From: Sminthopsis crassicaudata
Taxonomy: Eukaryota
DNA: 64,000 nt
NCBI RefSeq assembly: GCF_048593235.1
Contig: NC_133617.1
Coordinates: forward strand, 488,230,958-488,294,957
Direction of reading: 5' to 3'
Positions 13,395 to 25,680 of the stretch are shown piece after piece. Below the pieces are notes generated by a model. That model was not told the DNA's origin, made no database searches, and saw nothing but the letters and a program-made list of their open reading frames with translations. Numbering within the stretch: the stretch's first letter is position 1; the number at the start of each line of letters is the position of its first letter. Position numbers and translations under genes: made by a program.

Positions 13395-13780
13395 AAAAGA
13401 GTGGAGAGAAGAGACAAGAAAGAAGGAGGGGGTGGGAAAAGAGAGAGAAGAGAAATAGAGAGAGGAAGAAGGAATAAAGAAAGGGGAAGGAGGGAGGAGA
13501 GAGAGAGACAGAGAGACAAAGAAAGAGAGAGGGAGAGAGAGATCGAGAGAAACATAGACAAACACAGACAAAGAGAGGAAGAGAGAGGGAGAGATTCAGA
13601 TACACAGAGAGACAGAAAGAGGGAGAGAGATACACATAGAAACAGAGATGCACACAGAGACAGAGATAGAGACAAAGAGAGACAGAGACAGAGACAGAGG
13701 AGGACAGAAAGAAGGGGGAAATAAGGGAGGGAAGAGGAATGAATTGGGGAAAGAAAAGAGGAGAAAAGAAGAGAGAGATT
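13395..13780 (+). repeat. Purine-rich (GA/GACA)n low-complexity tract
   Basis: About 380 nt dominated by A/G; accounts for several spurious ORFs. Confidence 0.95.
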
Positions 13781-14597
13781 CCTGCAAAGATTTTGAGAGT
13801 CTAATTACTAGAAGAATCAATTGATTAGCTCAACGGAGAGAGTTCAAATCAGAGAATCCCAAAATGGCTTTGGGAAAGCTCTGAAAAGTCTTGATCTTTT
13901 CCAGGCAGTGGAGGAATCAACCGGTTGGCATGGAAATACTTGTGTGAACTGACACAAAGTGAAGTGAGCAGAGCTTAGAGAACAAATGATGTAAGAACCA
14001 CATTTTTGGACATGATTAACCTAGGGATTACTTGACTATGCATGTATATAATAAGAATTTTGCTTTTCTTTTTTTCAACACTTTGAGGATAGAAAAAAGG
14101 GAGAAATAATTCCCCCACTCCTGCCAAAAAGAGAAATGAGCAGAAGACCAGAAGGATTCTCAGATAAGGAGGATAACTGTGAAATGCTGTTGTGTTTATC
14201 AGTTGTGTCTGAGTCTCTTGTCGGGAGACCCCTTTTAGGGTCTCAAAAATGTTGGAATGGTTTGTCATCTGAGTGACTTGTTCAGGATCACACAGCTAGG
14301 AAACATCTGAGATCACATTTGAATTCAGGTCTTCCTTTTTCTAGACACAGCAATCTACTTGCCCCTTTTGAAAAGTTACATATTGAATTTATTATATATT
14401 TAAGTAAAGCAAACTCTACATAGTAGAAATTCAAAAGTTCACGTATAATCTCCTGTTCTTCATTTTATGTGTAAATGCTCATTGTATTTGAAATTCAAAT
14501 AAAAAATAAAGTGAAATTTTTTTTAAAAATCTGGTGTATCTTCAGAACTGTAGCAGGGAAGGATAAAGAGTGGTAATTAGGGATAAAGTGCAATAGA

Positions 14598-15185
14598 TGT
14601 TAGAAACCAGGGGCAGGAGGGAACCAGGATGGACAATGCCTCAAGTGGTTGTTCAATTGATATAAACTGTGTCCCCTTTAATTTGGGGGGGAAGGGTGCT
14701 CTTGACTCTCAAATTCTCCCAGCCTCTGGGAGGGGACCACCCAGGAGGGGCCCACCTAGTCATGAAGGGCCACCCTTTCATGAGGGAAACTCCCAGATAA
14801 GTAATCTCATTCAACTGGAGATCTTGGCCAGGGGCATAATCATCACCCTCTATTAACTAAAGATTAGTCTCTCAAACTACTCCCCAGCTCCGGGGCCAGG
14901 ACAAACTTGATAAAACCCAAGGCCTGTCAATCCATCTCTGCTAATTCCTAATCAGGAAAGCCCACTGATGAAGATATTTTCTTCTCAGGGTAAACCCATC
15001 TTTGCAATAGTCCTAACAGTATCTTGCTCCTAAGAAAGCTGTTTTCTCAATGTAAATAAGCCCATTCTTGCCACAAACCTCAAGGTTGTATTCATTGGGG
15101 TTTGTGAATTCTTTTGAAAAAACTACCACGGGCCTAGGGGAATCCAATTGCTGTCTGGGGATCTCTCAGTTTTCACACCTCAACA
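14598..15185 (+). mobile_element. Probable solo LTR
   Basis: tgttag...tcaaca termini; TATA-like gataaaa at ~14909; poly(A)-like aaataag at ~15054; no TSD found. Confidence 0.5.
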
Positions 15186-15394
15186 TAATGATCAGTAAAG
15201 GTTTGAAAGTACTGAAGACATTTGTCTTGGGTCTACTGGTAAAGGTCCTTAGCCTGATTTTGAGTAGAGAGAAGTGTGGATAGCCTGACTTCTGGAAACT
15301 ATCCTTCATTACTGTACGGGTGGTTGTCTCAGTCACCCTGAATCCTGTTAAAAACCTTAGCTTAAAAGGGGCAAGATCTCCCACTGCATCCAGG

Positions 15395-15545
15395 ACCATC
15401 TGCAGTCATCCTGATCTGCTTCTGGCTACTGGACCCATCAGGGTCTGGAGGGGAAAAGGTGGCTGACCTTCCAACTCATTTGCATGTCATGGTATCACTT
15501 CCATGATGTCATGGTCATTTTTGAGAACAAAGGACAAACAACTTG
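15395..15545 (+). mobile_element. RTE-tail SINE/LINE fragment
   Basis: Ends catggtcatttttgagaacaaaggacaaacaac, an RTE/Mar1-type 3' tail. Confidence 0.65.
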
Positions 15546-16619
15546 ATTTAGGTCAGGAGCTGAATCTTTCAGTTATGTAAGCTAGAAATGCTATAAGTCT
15601 TTTCCTGCTTCTTCCTCCTCATCTAGACCATGTCCAAGCATTCTTCTCACCCACCACCCAAATCCACCTCCCAGCTGACCAGAGCCATTTTCTGGATGGG
15701 GATGGTACACAGAGATTCTCAGGGCTTCCCTCCCCAATCTGATTTCATCCCCCCTCATCATTGTAACTGTCCCTGGCTCTTTCCCACAAGGTCACAGACC
15801 ACACACACACACACAGGCTCTGACTCAATAGTTTCCTTTTCTTTGCAAATTTCCTCTCTGCATGTCAACACTACCCAAGATGTTTTCTTGTGTTCACACC
15901 CATTCACCACAGACTGAGCAGGGCTGGGTTAGCCAGGGCCGAGTCTCTTAGGATGGGCTTTGCACTTTGGACTGAGCTGGATTGGACCAGACTGAGTTTA
16001 GCTAGGGTTAAAATGGTGAGACTAACCTAAAGGGCCAGAGCCCATTTAAAAAAAAAAAAAAAAAAAAAGGTATTATCTCCCTGCCACTCCCCTGTGCTGA
16101 GGAAGGAAGTTCCAGGTTCCCCAAACCTAGTCTGACTTCCCTTTTGTGGTCATAGTTTACTCTCCTGGGCCAGGATAGTCAGTTAGGAACACAGACATAC
16201 TTGACTATGAATAGGAGGTTTAGAGATGGGACCAGGCAAGAAGGTCCAAAACCTGCATGCACAACCTCCAAGTACTGCATTATTTTAGTCATCAGGCTCT
16301 TCCGGACCCCACTAGGGACTTGCTCCGCAGCCATTCCCTTCTCCAGTCCATTTTATAGATGAGGGAACTGGGCAAACAGGATTAAGTGACTTGCTTAGGC
16401 TCACACTACTAGTGTGTGTTCTATTAATCCATGAGGATGAGTCTCTCTGGTTCCAAAGTCAGTGATCTATCCACTGTGTCACCTAGCTGCCCTGCCAGAT
16501 AGAATAGGGAACTGAAATAATAGAAATAAATTCTTCTGGAAAAGTGATCAAAGTAACTTCTGGAATGAAAAAAATATAACACATAAAGCACACATTTTGC
16601 CTAATAAACTCTTGGATTC

Positions 16620-16625
16620 TTTATT
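16620..16625 (-). terminator. Putative SPN polyadenylation signal
   Basis: AATAAA on the minus strand followed by a GU/U-rich element (tgtgtgctttatgtgttatatttttttt). Confidence 0.5.
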
Positions 16626-16979
16626 GGATCACAAACAAGAGATACCCATTCTTCCCCCTTATTTCTCCTCTCTACAGTTGTCAGAGATAATGCTCACCTC
16701 TTTCCCAATTCATTCCCCTAGGCTCCCGACCCCATTCCATCCAGAAACTTTATAAACATTCTCTGTGTACTACTCCACTTCACCCTCTTCCCAGACTTCT
16801 TCTTGGTGCCCATTCCTGGGAGTTCTTGGGAAGAAACCCTTCAGTCCAGAGACAGTATGATTTGGATTTCCACATCCCTAAATCCCTTAAGGAATATTCA
16901 GTAAGGCCCAAGGTCTCTTTACTGTGGTGTTTCCTGTAAATATCAATTAAGAAGCATTTTTTTTTTTTTAATAGAGTAA

Positions 16980-17134
16980 GGGAGCAACTGGGTGGTGCAG
17001 TGGATAGAGCACCAAGCCCTGAAGTCAGGAGGACTCGAATTCAAATCTGGCCTCAGACACTTAACATTTCCTAGCTGTGTGACTGAACAAGTCACTAAAC
17101 CCCAATTACCTCAGAAAAAAAAAAAAAAAAAAAA
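16980..17134 (+). mobile_element. Young marsupial SINE (WSINE1-like)
   Basis: tRNA-like head ggtggtgcagtggatagagc..gaattcaaatc, cccaattacctc and a 20-nt poly(A). Confidence 0.88.
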
Positions 17135-18268
17135 GATTAAGGAACTACTGAGAGGCAGCAAAGTACAGCACATTTGAAAGACAGCTGCTCTCAAAGCCAG
17201 GAATATTTGGGTTTAAATCCTACCCATAACACATACCTGTGTGATTCAGGCAAGTCATTCAACATCCAAGCAGTTCTGTAAGGTAATACCTTGCAGAGAA
17301 AGTGCTGACCTGCTTTGCAGAGACAATAGCCTCTCTCAAAATTTCTGAACCAATGAAATCAAAATCAGAGATCTGGTCAGTATTCCCATCTCTATTTCTA
17401 CTATTTGTCTGGCCCAAAGATTTCACAGATAAAAATGAAACAGTCTCTGTTTTCAATGAGCTTGCATTCTAATGACAGAGACAATGGATACACATGTAAG
17501 CAAATACAAAATATGTATAAAAATACAAGGTGATTTGGCTCTACTCAAGGAGGCACCAATAGCTTGAAGGATCAGAAAAAGCTTCACATAGGAAGTGGTA
17601 TATGACTTAAGCCTTTCAAGAAACTACAGATTCTAAAAGTCAATGCTGAGGAAGGGCATTGCAGGCAGGGGGGACAGACATGGAGATGAGGAACAAGGCA
17701 GTTGGTTTGGCTGACACAGAGAGCATGAAGTGTAGTAATATGAAATGTCTGGAGAGGTAGGCCGGTTATGAATTAGAATAAAAATCATCAATTAGGTCAT
17801 CAATTAGGCCATTGAATGAGTGAATAGGGAAGGTATGGAGGCAGATTCTATTGGAGATATGAGAGATGTGTTGATGCCCCGGTGGGAATGAGTGTCCTAA
17901 ACTGAAGCACAGCTGATGGCTCCTGTGGTAGAATTTGAATGAGTGGGGCAAATTCATGATGTGAGCTTGTCAAAATATGTTTCTTAAAAATGAGGCAATC
18001 CAGAAATTTCATTGCATCAGGATTTTACTGGAGAGACCATGTGTTTCCCAGGCAATACTCAGTGATCATTATAAAGAGGAAAATAATGAAAATGATGGCC
18101 ATGGAGAAGACACGGGTAGAGAGGATGGAAATAATGGAAAAAAAAAAAAGATTAAGATGATTAAGAGTCTATGAAGAATGAGAAAGTTAAATTCCTTGAG
18201 GGGAGGTTCCATCTCATACTACCTGGATTGCCTTCAAAAATGCTCACTGATTGATGATCCTGGTCCTT

Positions 18269-19348
18269 TCATACATTGGTCACTGGGCTTGATGGCAAGT
18301 TCCCATCTCCTGCTACGGACTCATCAGCACTTAAGCCGTCAGCTTCAGGGAGCTTTACAGCCTCATCCATGTTTTCCACAAGAGGTTCACTCTCGACTTT
18401 GAGGTCACTGGTGGCTACCCCAGCCTCCAGGTCCTCCAGCATCACAGAACCCTGTCTAGACTTTCGCTTGCCAAAGAAGGTGGTGAGTGTGGGCCTACCA
18501 ACAGCCCCCTCACCTTCAGGATTCCTTGTGTCGCCTTCACCTGCTGCTGACCCTGACACAGCCTGCTCATCTACAGCCTGAACTGGTCCAGCCCAAGCAT
18601 CCCCAGCTCCTTTATGTTTCCCATTTCCCACAAGCATCAGAGCCCCCGTCCTCCTCTTCTGCCGCCGACGCCACAACAAGAACAGGACTACCAAGAGAGT
18701 TGCCACCAGAACTACCACCACCAGAATCACCAGCACAGAGTTACTGCCACCCTGTTGCAATTTGTTTGCAATGGTCAATGAGATGGAAGATGTGGAAGTG
18801 GTCTGGGACCCTTGGAAACTTGTGGAAGTAGTCTTAACTGTTGAAATATCCTTGGAGGGGGTTGTTTCTTTAATGACTAGGGTGGTATTCTCTTCCTGCC
18901 CTCCAGTGGCATTAAAGGCAGAGGGTACTGAGGCGGGAGTTGTTGTCAAAGCAACTACAGCCTTGATACTAGTAGACAGAGTAGCCGCATGTGTAGCCAG
19001 TTCCTGGGTGCTATTAAGGTCTTTCTTATCCACTGAGGTCAGCCCAGAACTAAGAGTGGTAGAGGACGCCACCTCAGCAGTAGGAGTGCTATCCCTGGCC
19101 TCTGTCATTGAGGACGTCAAAAGTCTGGCATCCAGGGCTGCAGAGGACATGAGGGTCGGATCTGAATCTGAGGCTGGCAAGGATGTGGCTTCCAGGGGTG
19201 GCTGAGAGGTCAAGAGCTGCAGATCCGAGAAAGAGCTTGACACAGACACTGTATCCACGGCCTGGGAGTCAGTGGTGGCTATTGAGATCCAGAAGCACTC
19301 AGTGAGGATGAGAAGCAACAAGAGAGACAGAGGGGACACTATCGCCAT
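18269..19348 (-). CDS. SPN: Leukosialin / CD43 / sialophorin, 359 aa, single coding exon
   Basis: Signal peptide, S/T-rich mucin ectodomain and TM, then WRRRQKRRTGAL, DAWAGP and RPTLTTFFGKRKSRQGS, matching the conserved CD43 tail. Non-coding exon 1 donor cag|gtaaga at 19802 and acceptor cag| at 19409 give a 394-nt intron. Confidence 0.97.
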   Translation of the reverse strand: MAIVSPLSLLLLLILTECFWISIATTDSQAVDTVSVSSSFSDLQLLTSQPPLEATSLPASDSDPTLMSSAALDARLLTSSMTEARDSTPTAEVASSTTLSSGLTSVDKKDLNSTQELATHAATLSTSIKAVVALTTTPASVPSAFNATGGQEENTTLVIKETTPSKDISTVKTTSTSFQGSQTTSTSSISLTIANKLQQGGSNSVLVILVVVVLVATLLVVLFLLWRRRQKRRTGALMLVGNGKHKGAGDAWAGPVQAVDEQAVSGSAAGEGDTRNPEGEGAVGRPTLTTFFGKRKSRQGSVMLEDLEAGVATSDLKVESEPLVENMDEAVKLPEADGLSADESVAGDGNLPSSPVTNV

Positions 19349-19907
19349 GACAATAAGTAGGATCTCCCACGGACCAAGAAAGATTCAAGGGTGTGTGCGA
19401 GTCAAGACCTGTGAGGAGAGACACAAGGAGGAATCTGCAGAGACCAGAACATCCTCCCCATCCTGCCCACATCCCTATCAGCTGCTTGGCTGAGCTTGTG
19501 GTTCAACGGCTTTTTCCAGTCTCAGAAATAATCAGGGTGGGGATGCCCAGAATGAATGCCCTCCTACTCACTGAGTATTTCTGGATCTGACTCTTCTTAG
19601 AAACCCCCTTTCCAATGATTAACCAAGCCCTCGACCCCCAATTCCCAACCTTCCTATTATACTCTTGGATAAGAAATCTTCACCTACTTCTGCTTCTATT
19701 TGCCCTGCTTCCTAGTCTTTTCTTAAAGGATGTTCTTTAGCCTCACCCTTGCCATGGGCTGCCCCAGCTCTAGTCACAGCCCTGACTTATGCTCATTCTT
19801 ACCTGCAATTATAGTTGAGATATCCTGGGGGTAGCTTGTTTGTCTGTCTGAGTTCAGAGCCCTTCTCAGACTAAGACTGGCGGGACTTAGACTGAGGGCC
19901 CCTAAAA

Positions 19908-19937
19908 GGGAAGGAAGTGGCCCTAGCTCCACCCTCC
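19908..19937 (-). promoter_or_regulatory. SPN proximal promoter: GGGTGG (Sp1/KLF) box next to an ETS GGAA core
   Basis: Minus strand GAGGGTGGAGCTAGGGCCACTTCCTTCCC, about 105 nt above the exon-1 donor; TATA-less. Confidence 0.65.
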
Positions 19938-22264
19938 TTATGTGTATAGGTCCCCATCTCTCCATTCTCAACATCCTGCATCCTTAACCTGCCCATATCT
20001 CAATAGTGAAAGTTTAAGGAACACAATGCCAGGATATAATTTCTCTTTCCCATCTGCAAATACATCTGAAGATGGTATTCCTGGGTCCAAGTTGAAAAGA
20101 TAGCTAGCTAGATATCAGCTAAGACTGGTATGCCTAGGTCTGAACTGGCAGGGAGTATAGTTCCATGCTGGGAAATGGGATCCGAACTGGAATACAAAAT
20201 GCCTACTTGTGAACCAAAGAACAGGGTGCTCATTGGAGACAGGACAGGATAATTAATCTAGAATTAGAAGAGACCTCAGAGGTCATCAGTCTAACATCCT
20301 TTTTTACAGATGGGGGGAAACTGGAGCTCAATGAAGCTAAGTGACCTACCAAGGATACACATGGAGCAGGACCCAAACCAGGTCCTCTAATGAGGGCAGT
20401 ACTCCTTCCACTCTATAAGGGCATCCTGGATCTGAGTAGATGTACCCCTACTGAGGACTACAGTGATGAGGATGTCAGCATCTGCCTGCATGGGGGTCCA
20501 AGCCACCTGGGTCCAATTAGGGTAAGAGAGAACAGAGGCAAGGAGGGCCGTTTCCTGTGTTTGTGGTCCTTGCCCTACTCCTTAATTCTCACTGCTGATG
20601 AGCCACATCCTGTATCAGAGCTTTCCTCAGCCCCTGACCCCAGATCATAAGAGAAAATGGGGGATAAGTTAGCTCCTTCCCACCAGGACCCATGTTCCTT
20701 GGAAAGAAGAATCTGGGGGTAGGGCTGGAGCAGAACACAGGCTGAACCCCAGGTACCCATGCACTCGAGTTAAGCTGGATTTGGATTCAAAGGTCCTGGG
20801 TTCAAGTCTTGAACTTGAACCATTTACCATTTGTGTACCATTGGGCAAGACACTTAATCTTCAATTTCTTCATCTATAAAATAAGGGCATTGGCCTAGAT
20901 GATCTCAGAAGGCACTTCTGGCTATAGATCTGTGATCCTGTGAGTGCAGGAGAAGCTAATGGATCCTGATGCGAGTCCAGCAATGAGCAGCCTGAGGCAA
21001 TCAGACCCCAGTTATTGGGAAGAGGTAACCGAAGGTGTAGACCCAACCCTATGCCTAACTTATTGGGTAACCTGGAGAAAAGTAATGACCCCTCTGAGCT
21101 TCAGTTTCCTATAAAAAAAGAGGCAATGATACTTATACTATCTATCTCACAGAGAAACCAAATTGCATAATCTTAAAACTATATAAATGTTATTAAACTA
21201 TGGTCTATTATCACTACTAACCTTCTCCATCTTCATATAGGATGAAACTGATTAATCAAAACTGCTTCAGATAAGTAGGAGGGAGACTTAAGTATCCATG
21301 TAGGTACACAAAGGGCAGATAGGTTGATGCATCCTAGTACATACAATCAAGGGACACAGTACAAGTTGCTCAGGCCAGGCCGGGGATGCTTTCTTTTGCA
21401 ATTGCATCTAAGCAAACTTCATTCAATGTAATTCAAGAAACCCAGGATGTGATGTAGTTATTGCATTCCTGATGTTGGGAGTTGATGGACTAGCTGGAGA
21501 CATGAGACATACTTCACCATCTGAAGACAATATCTGAGTTCGTGAACATTAGAATGTCAAAACTAACCTCACCATATTTTAGTAAGGGGGAAAGTGGGAT
21601 CCAGAGAAGGGAAGGAATTTATCCAGTATCATACAATGAAGTGAGTCAGAAGCAAACTGAGAAGTATTGTAGGACATTGGTCTCAACATGTGGACCTTTG
21701 GGAATGAAAAGGAGAAAGGGAAGGGTTGATTACTAGTATCCAAATGACTCAGTATAACAAACTAAGCAGTTGATTAAATATATATTCTAATATTATTATT
21801 TTTCGAATCTATGCAGAGGTTATTGTAATAAAATACAATTTCATTTTAAAGCCTGGCTGAATTTAAAGCAGCTTTTTGTCTTTGTGTTCTCTCAAGAAGT
21901 ATTAATAGGGCAGGTACTATCACCTGACTGACTGATGGGGTGGGCATATCCCAGAAATGTTGAAGTCAAAAACATGTCTCTATAACCAATTTTTTATGCT
22001 TAAAAGGTTGGGAAAATAACTGTAGAGATGCAGAACCAAATATTGGTTTGTGATAAAGGGATATTTTGTTCATGAGTTAATAGCTGTTTCCCAGCAAAGA
22101 AGTGTTAGATTATGATTAGGCAATAATATGGGCAGAGCTCCTAGCATCCATTAAGAAGGCTTTCCGATTGTCTGAGGCAAACCCTAAAATTTTTAGTGTG
22201 AACCAATTAGTTCAATTCCTAAAGCTTAAATGGGAGCCTTCTAGGATAGAAAATCACTATCTTA

Positions 22265-23306
22265 ATCAAGCCATTCTCCAATTGATAAATGGTCAAAGGA
22301 TATGAACAATTTTCAGATAATGAAATTGAAACTATTTCCACTCATTATGAAAGTGTTCCAAATCACTATTGATCAGAGAAATGCAAATTAAGACAATTCT
22401 GAGATACCACTACACACATCAGATTGGCTAAGATGACAGGAAAAAATAATGATGAATGTTGGAGGGGCTGTGGGAAAACTGGGACATTGATGCATTGCTG
22501 GTGGAGTTGTGAAAGAATCCAACCATTCTGGAGAGCAATCTGGAATGTCCAAAAAGTTATCAAACTGTGCATACCCTTTGATCCAGTAGTGCCACTACTG
22601 GACTTATATCCAAAGGAAATACTAAAGAAGAGAAAGGGACCTGTATGTGCCAAAATGTTTGTGGCAGCCCTTTTTGTAGTGGCCAGAAACTGGAAACTAC
22701 GTGGATGCCCATCAATTGGACAATGGCTGAACAAATTGTGGTATGTGAATATTGTGGAATATTATTGTTCTGTAAGAAATGACCAGCAGGATGAATACAG
22801 AGAGGCTTGGAAAGACATCAATTGATGCTGAGTGAAATGAGCAGAACTAGATCATTATACACTTCAACAATGATACTGTATGAGGATGTATTCTGATGGA
22901 AGTGGATATCTTCAACATAGAGAAGATCTAATCCAGTTCCAATTGATCAATGATGGACAGAATCAGCTGCACCCAGAGAAGGAACACTGGGAAATAAGTG
23001 TAAACTGTTTGCATTTTTTGTTTTTCTTACCAGGTTATTTTTACCTTCTGAATCCAATTTTTCCTTTGCAATAACAACAACAACAAAAAAATTTGGTTCT
23101 GCACATATATATTGTATCTAGGATATATTATAACATACTTAATATGTATGGGAATGCTTGCCATCTAGGGGAGGGAGTGGAAGGAAGGGGGAAAATTCGG
23201 AACAGAAGGGAGTACAAGGGATACTGTTATAAAAAATTACCTATGAGTATATACCGTCAAAAAATGTTATAATTATAAAATTAATTTTAAAATTAAAAAA
23301 AAAAAA
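22265..23306 (+). mobile_element. 5'-truncated young L1 with 16-bp TSD
   Basis: ORF 22424..22825 is the ORF2 C-terminus; poly(A) at ~23295; TSD gaaaatcactatctta (22249-22264) and gaaaatcacgatctta (23307-23322). Confidence 0.95.
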
Positions 23307-23659
23307 GAAAATCACGATCTTAGGAGACCATGGCCAAGAAAGCACAAACTAGATATAGATACCTTATAAATACTCAGTCTGAGATTGGACGGATTTTTTC
23401 TTGTGATACCCTCTAGTGTACTATTTCTTAACTCCTGTTCTTTTTCCTTGTTAAGTAAATCCTTAAAAACTACTTCTTATAAGATAGTGTAAGGGTAAGA
23501 AGTGAAGGAAGAAAGAAAGAGCAGAAACTAGGCCATCCAGTTCCAGTGGACAATCTCTGAATCCAGGGCCCAAATCATTTCAGAAACTGGGAAAGTCTAA
23601 GACACTCAGACTCAAAGTAAGAGTTTATCTAGAAGGTAAGCTTCCCTGCTGTATATGAT

Positions 23660-24870
23660 TCAATATTACCATTTTTGAAAAGCATTTTGATATAATGCAA
23701 ATAAAGTGGCTAAAATGTCCATGCCCTTTAACCCAGAGATTCTATTGTTGGCTTATACTTGAAGAATTTAATTAGATTAACTATTTATAAGAGCACTTTT
23801 TGTGAGAGCAAAGAACTGGAAACAAAATAGATGCCTATTGAGAAATGGTTAAACAAATTGTGGTACATGAATGTAATGGAATATTACTAGGCTATAAGAA
23901 ATTATGAATTTCGATAGGATGCAAATATCTACATGAATTGATGAAGAATGAACTAAGCAGAGCCAAGACACACATAATGACTATAACTAACTGGAAAGAA
24001 GAGCCACACAAAAAAAGCATATACTGCAGTTACAAAGATTCAAAAGAAGAAATTTCAAAAGAAACCTTTGCAAAGGTAGGGGGTCCAGAAGAGTATAATG
24101 CATATATTTTCTGATATGTACTGATTAGTTATGCTGATTCCCACATACACACCCTTTTGTCTTTAAAAAAAAAAGTTATATAATGTCCATCAATTGGAGA
24201 ATGGTTGAATAAATTATAGTATATGAATATTATGGAATATTACTGTTCTGTAAGAAAAGATCAACAGGATGATTTCAGAGAGGCCTGACATGAATTGATG
24301 CTGAGTGAAATGACCAGAACCAGATCATTATTAATAAGACTATACAATAATCAATTCTGATGGACATTGCTGTCTTCAACAATGAGTTGATTCAAACTGG
24401 TTCCAAGTGTTCAATAATGAAGAGAGCCATCTACACCCAGAGAGAGGATATGGGAACTGAGTATGGACTTATATATAGCATTTTCACCCTTTATGTTATT
24501 GTTTGTTTGCATTTTTGTTTTCCTTCTCAAGTTTTTTGTTTTCTTTCTAGATCCAATTGCTCTTGTGCAGCAAGATAAACGTATAAATATGTATACATAT
24601 ATTGGATTCAACATATTTAACATGTATTAGACTACCTGCCATGGGGCGGGGGGAGAATCTGAAACAGATGGTTTTGCAAAGGTAATGTTGAAAAATTAAA
24701 ATTACCCATGAATGTTTTGTAAATAAAAATCTATAATAAAATAAAAATAATTAATTTTACTTTCTTATTAAAAAAAAAAGTTATATAACGCATAGCTAGC
24801 TGAAAAGGATACTTCATAAAATTATGGTGTTATAGAAAACAAAAGACAGCATTAAAAACATTTTTTAAAA
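23660..24870 (+). mobile_element. Older L1 3' fragment with a nested L1 3' insertion (24184-~24770)
   Basis: Two sets of L1 3' motifs; the nested copy is flanked by duplicated aaaaaaaagttatataa. Confidence 0.8.
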
Positions 24871-24894
24871 TTAACTTAGCAAGGACAGGCTTCT

Positions 24895-25110
24895 TCTTTT
24901 TTTTTTTTTTTTTGCAGGCAATTAGGGTTAAGTGATTTGCCCAGGATCTGGTGTTAAGTATCTGAAGTGTCTTAACACCAGAATCTGGTGTTAAGTGTGA
25001 AGTGTCTTAACACCAGAATCTGGTGTTAAGTGTGAAGTGTCTTTTAAGTGTCTGAAGCCAATTGGTTCTCCTGACTTCATGGCTGGTGCTTTATCCACTG
25101 AGCCCCAACT
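24895..25110 (-). mobile_element. WSINE-like SINE whose body contains an amplified hairpin array
   Basis: T-tail, then gcaggcaattagggttaagtgatttgcccagg and ctgacttcatggctggtgctttatccactg; internal repeat at 24946-25043. Confidence 0.8.
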
Positions 25111-25419
25111 CCCCAACTCATTTTTTAAAATCTTTGTATTTCTAATACTTAGCATAGGGTAGGCTTGTTGGTTACCTGAAGGTTTCAATGTTTGGAAAAT
25201 ACAGCTATAAAAAATAGCAAAAACTCTGAAAGCACAATTCCAAAGGAGTTGTGAAAAGCCAAGGTTAACTAGGTTTTTAACAGCCTCATACATCCTGCCT
25301 GATAAACAATTATAAAAACAATGCCTCCTCAACTCTTACTATTATCCGTGCCCCAAACCTTCTTTTTTTTCCCTATCAGAACACTGTGCTGAAGTCCAAA
25401 GTCTGAATCTGAGGCCCTA

Positions 25420-25680
25420 AGGTACAGACTACTTATTGTTATTTGTCCTTCATTCTTGAAGATGATCATAAAATCAGAGAGATGCCATGACATGAAGTGA
25501 ACTGAATTTTTAAGTGATCGAGGGCTATGCAAAATCACCAGCTTCATCCTTTCTTCCCTAACCATCTGAGTATAGTGGCAAGATATAAATCAGTATAACT
25601 AGAGATGGCCCTGGATAGAGTGAGACTCTTTGGTCTTTAAGTTAAAGTCTTTAACATATTTCAGTTTGATTGAGGTAACA
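25420..25680 (-). mobile_element. RTE-type 3' tail
   Basis: ttgttatttgtccttcattcttgaagatga.. is the reverse complement of the RTE tail seen at 15395 and 3800. Confidence 0.65.

Noticed and set aside
13299-13820. Multiple 74-107-aa ORFs
   Set aside because: Translations of the GA microsatellite (poly-RE / poly-LS).
16980-17060. tRNA-like A/B-box sequences here and at 35296
   Set aside because: These are SINE heads with a poly(A) tail (and a TSD at 35296), not cloverleaf tRNA genes.
18276-19205. + strand ORFs antisense to SPN (101, 114 and 147 aa)
   Set aside because: Shadow ORFs from S/T-biased codons of the SPN CDS; no domain features.
24946-25043. Palindromic ~35-nt repeats that superficially resemble a CRISPR array
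   Set aside because: Mammalian DNA, no unique spacers, no cas genes; the unit derives from the host SINE.
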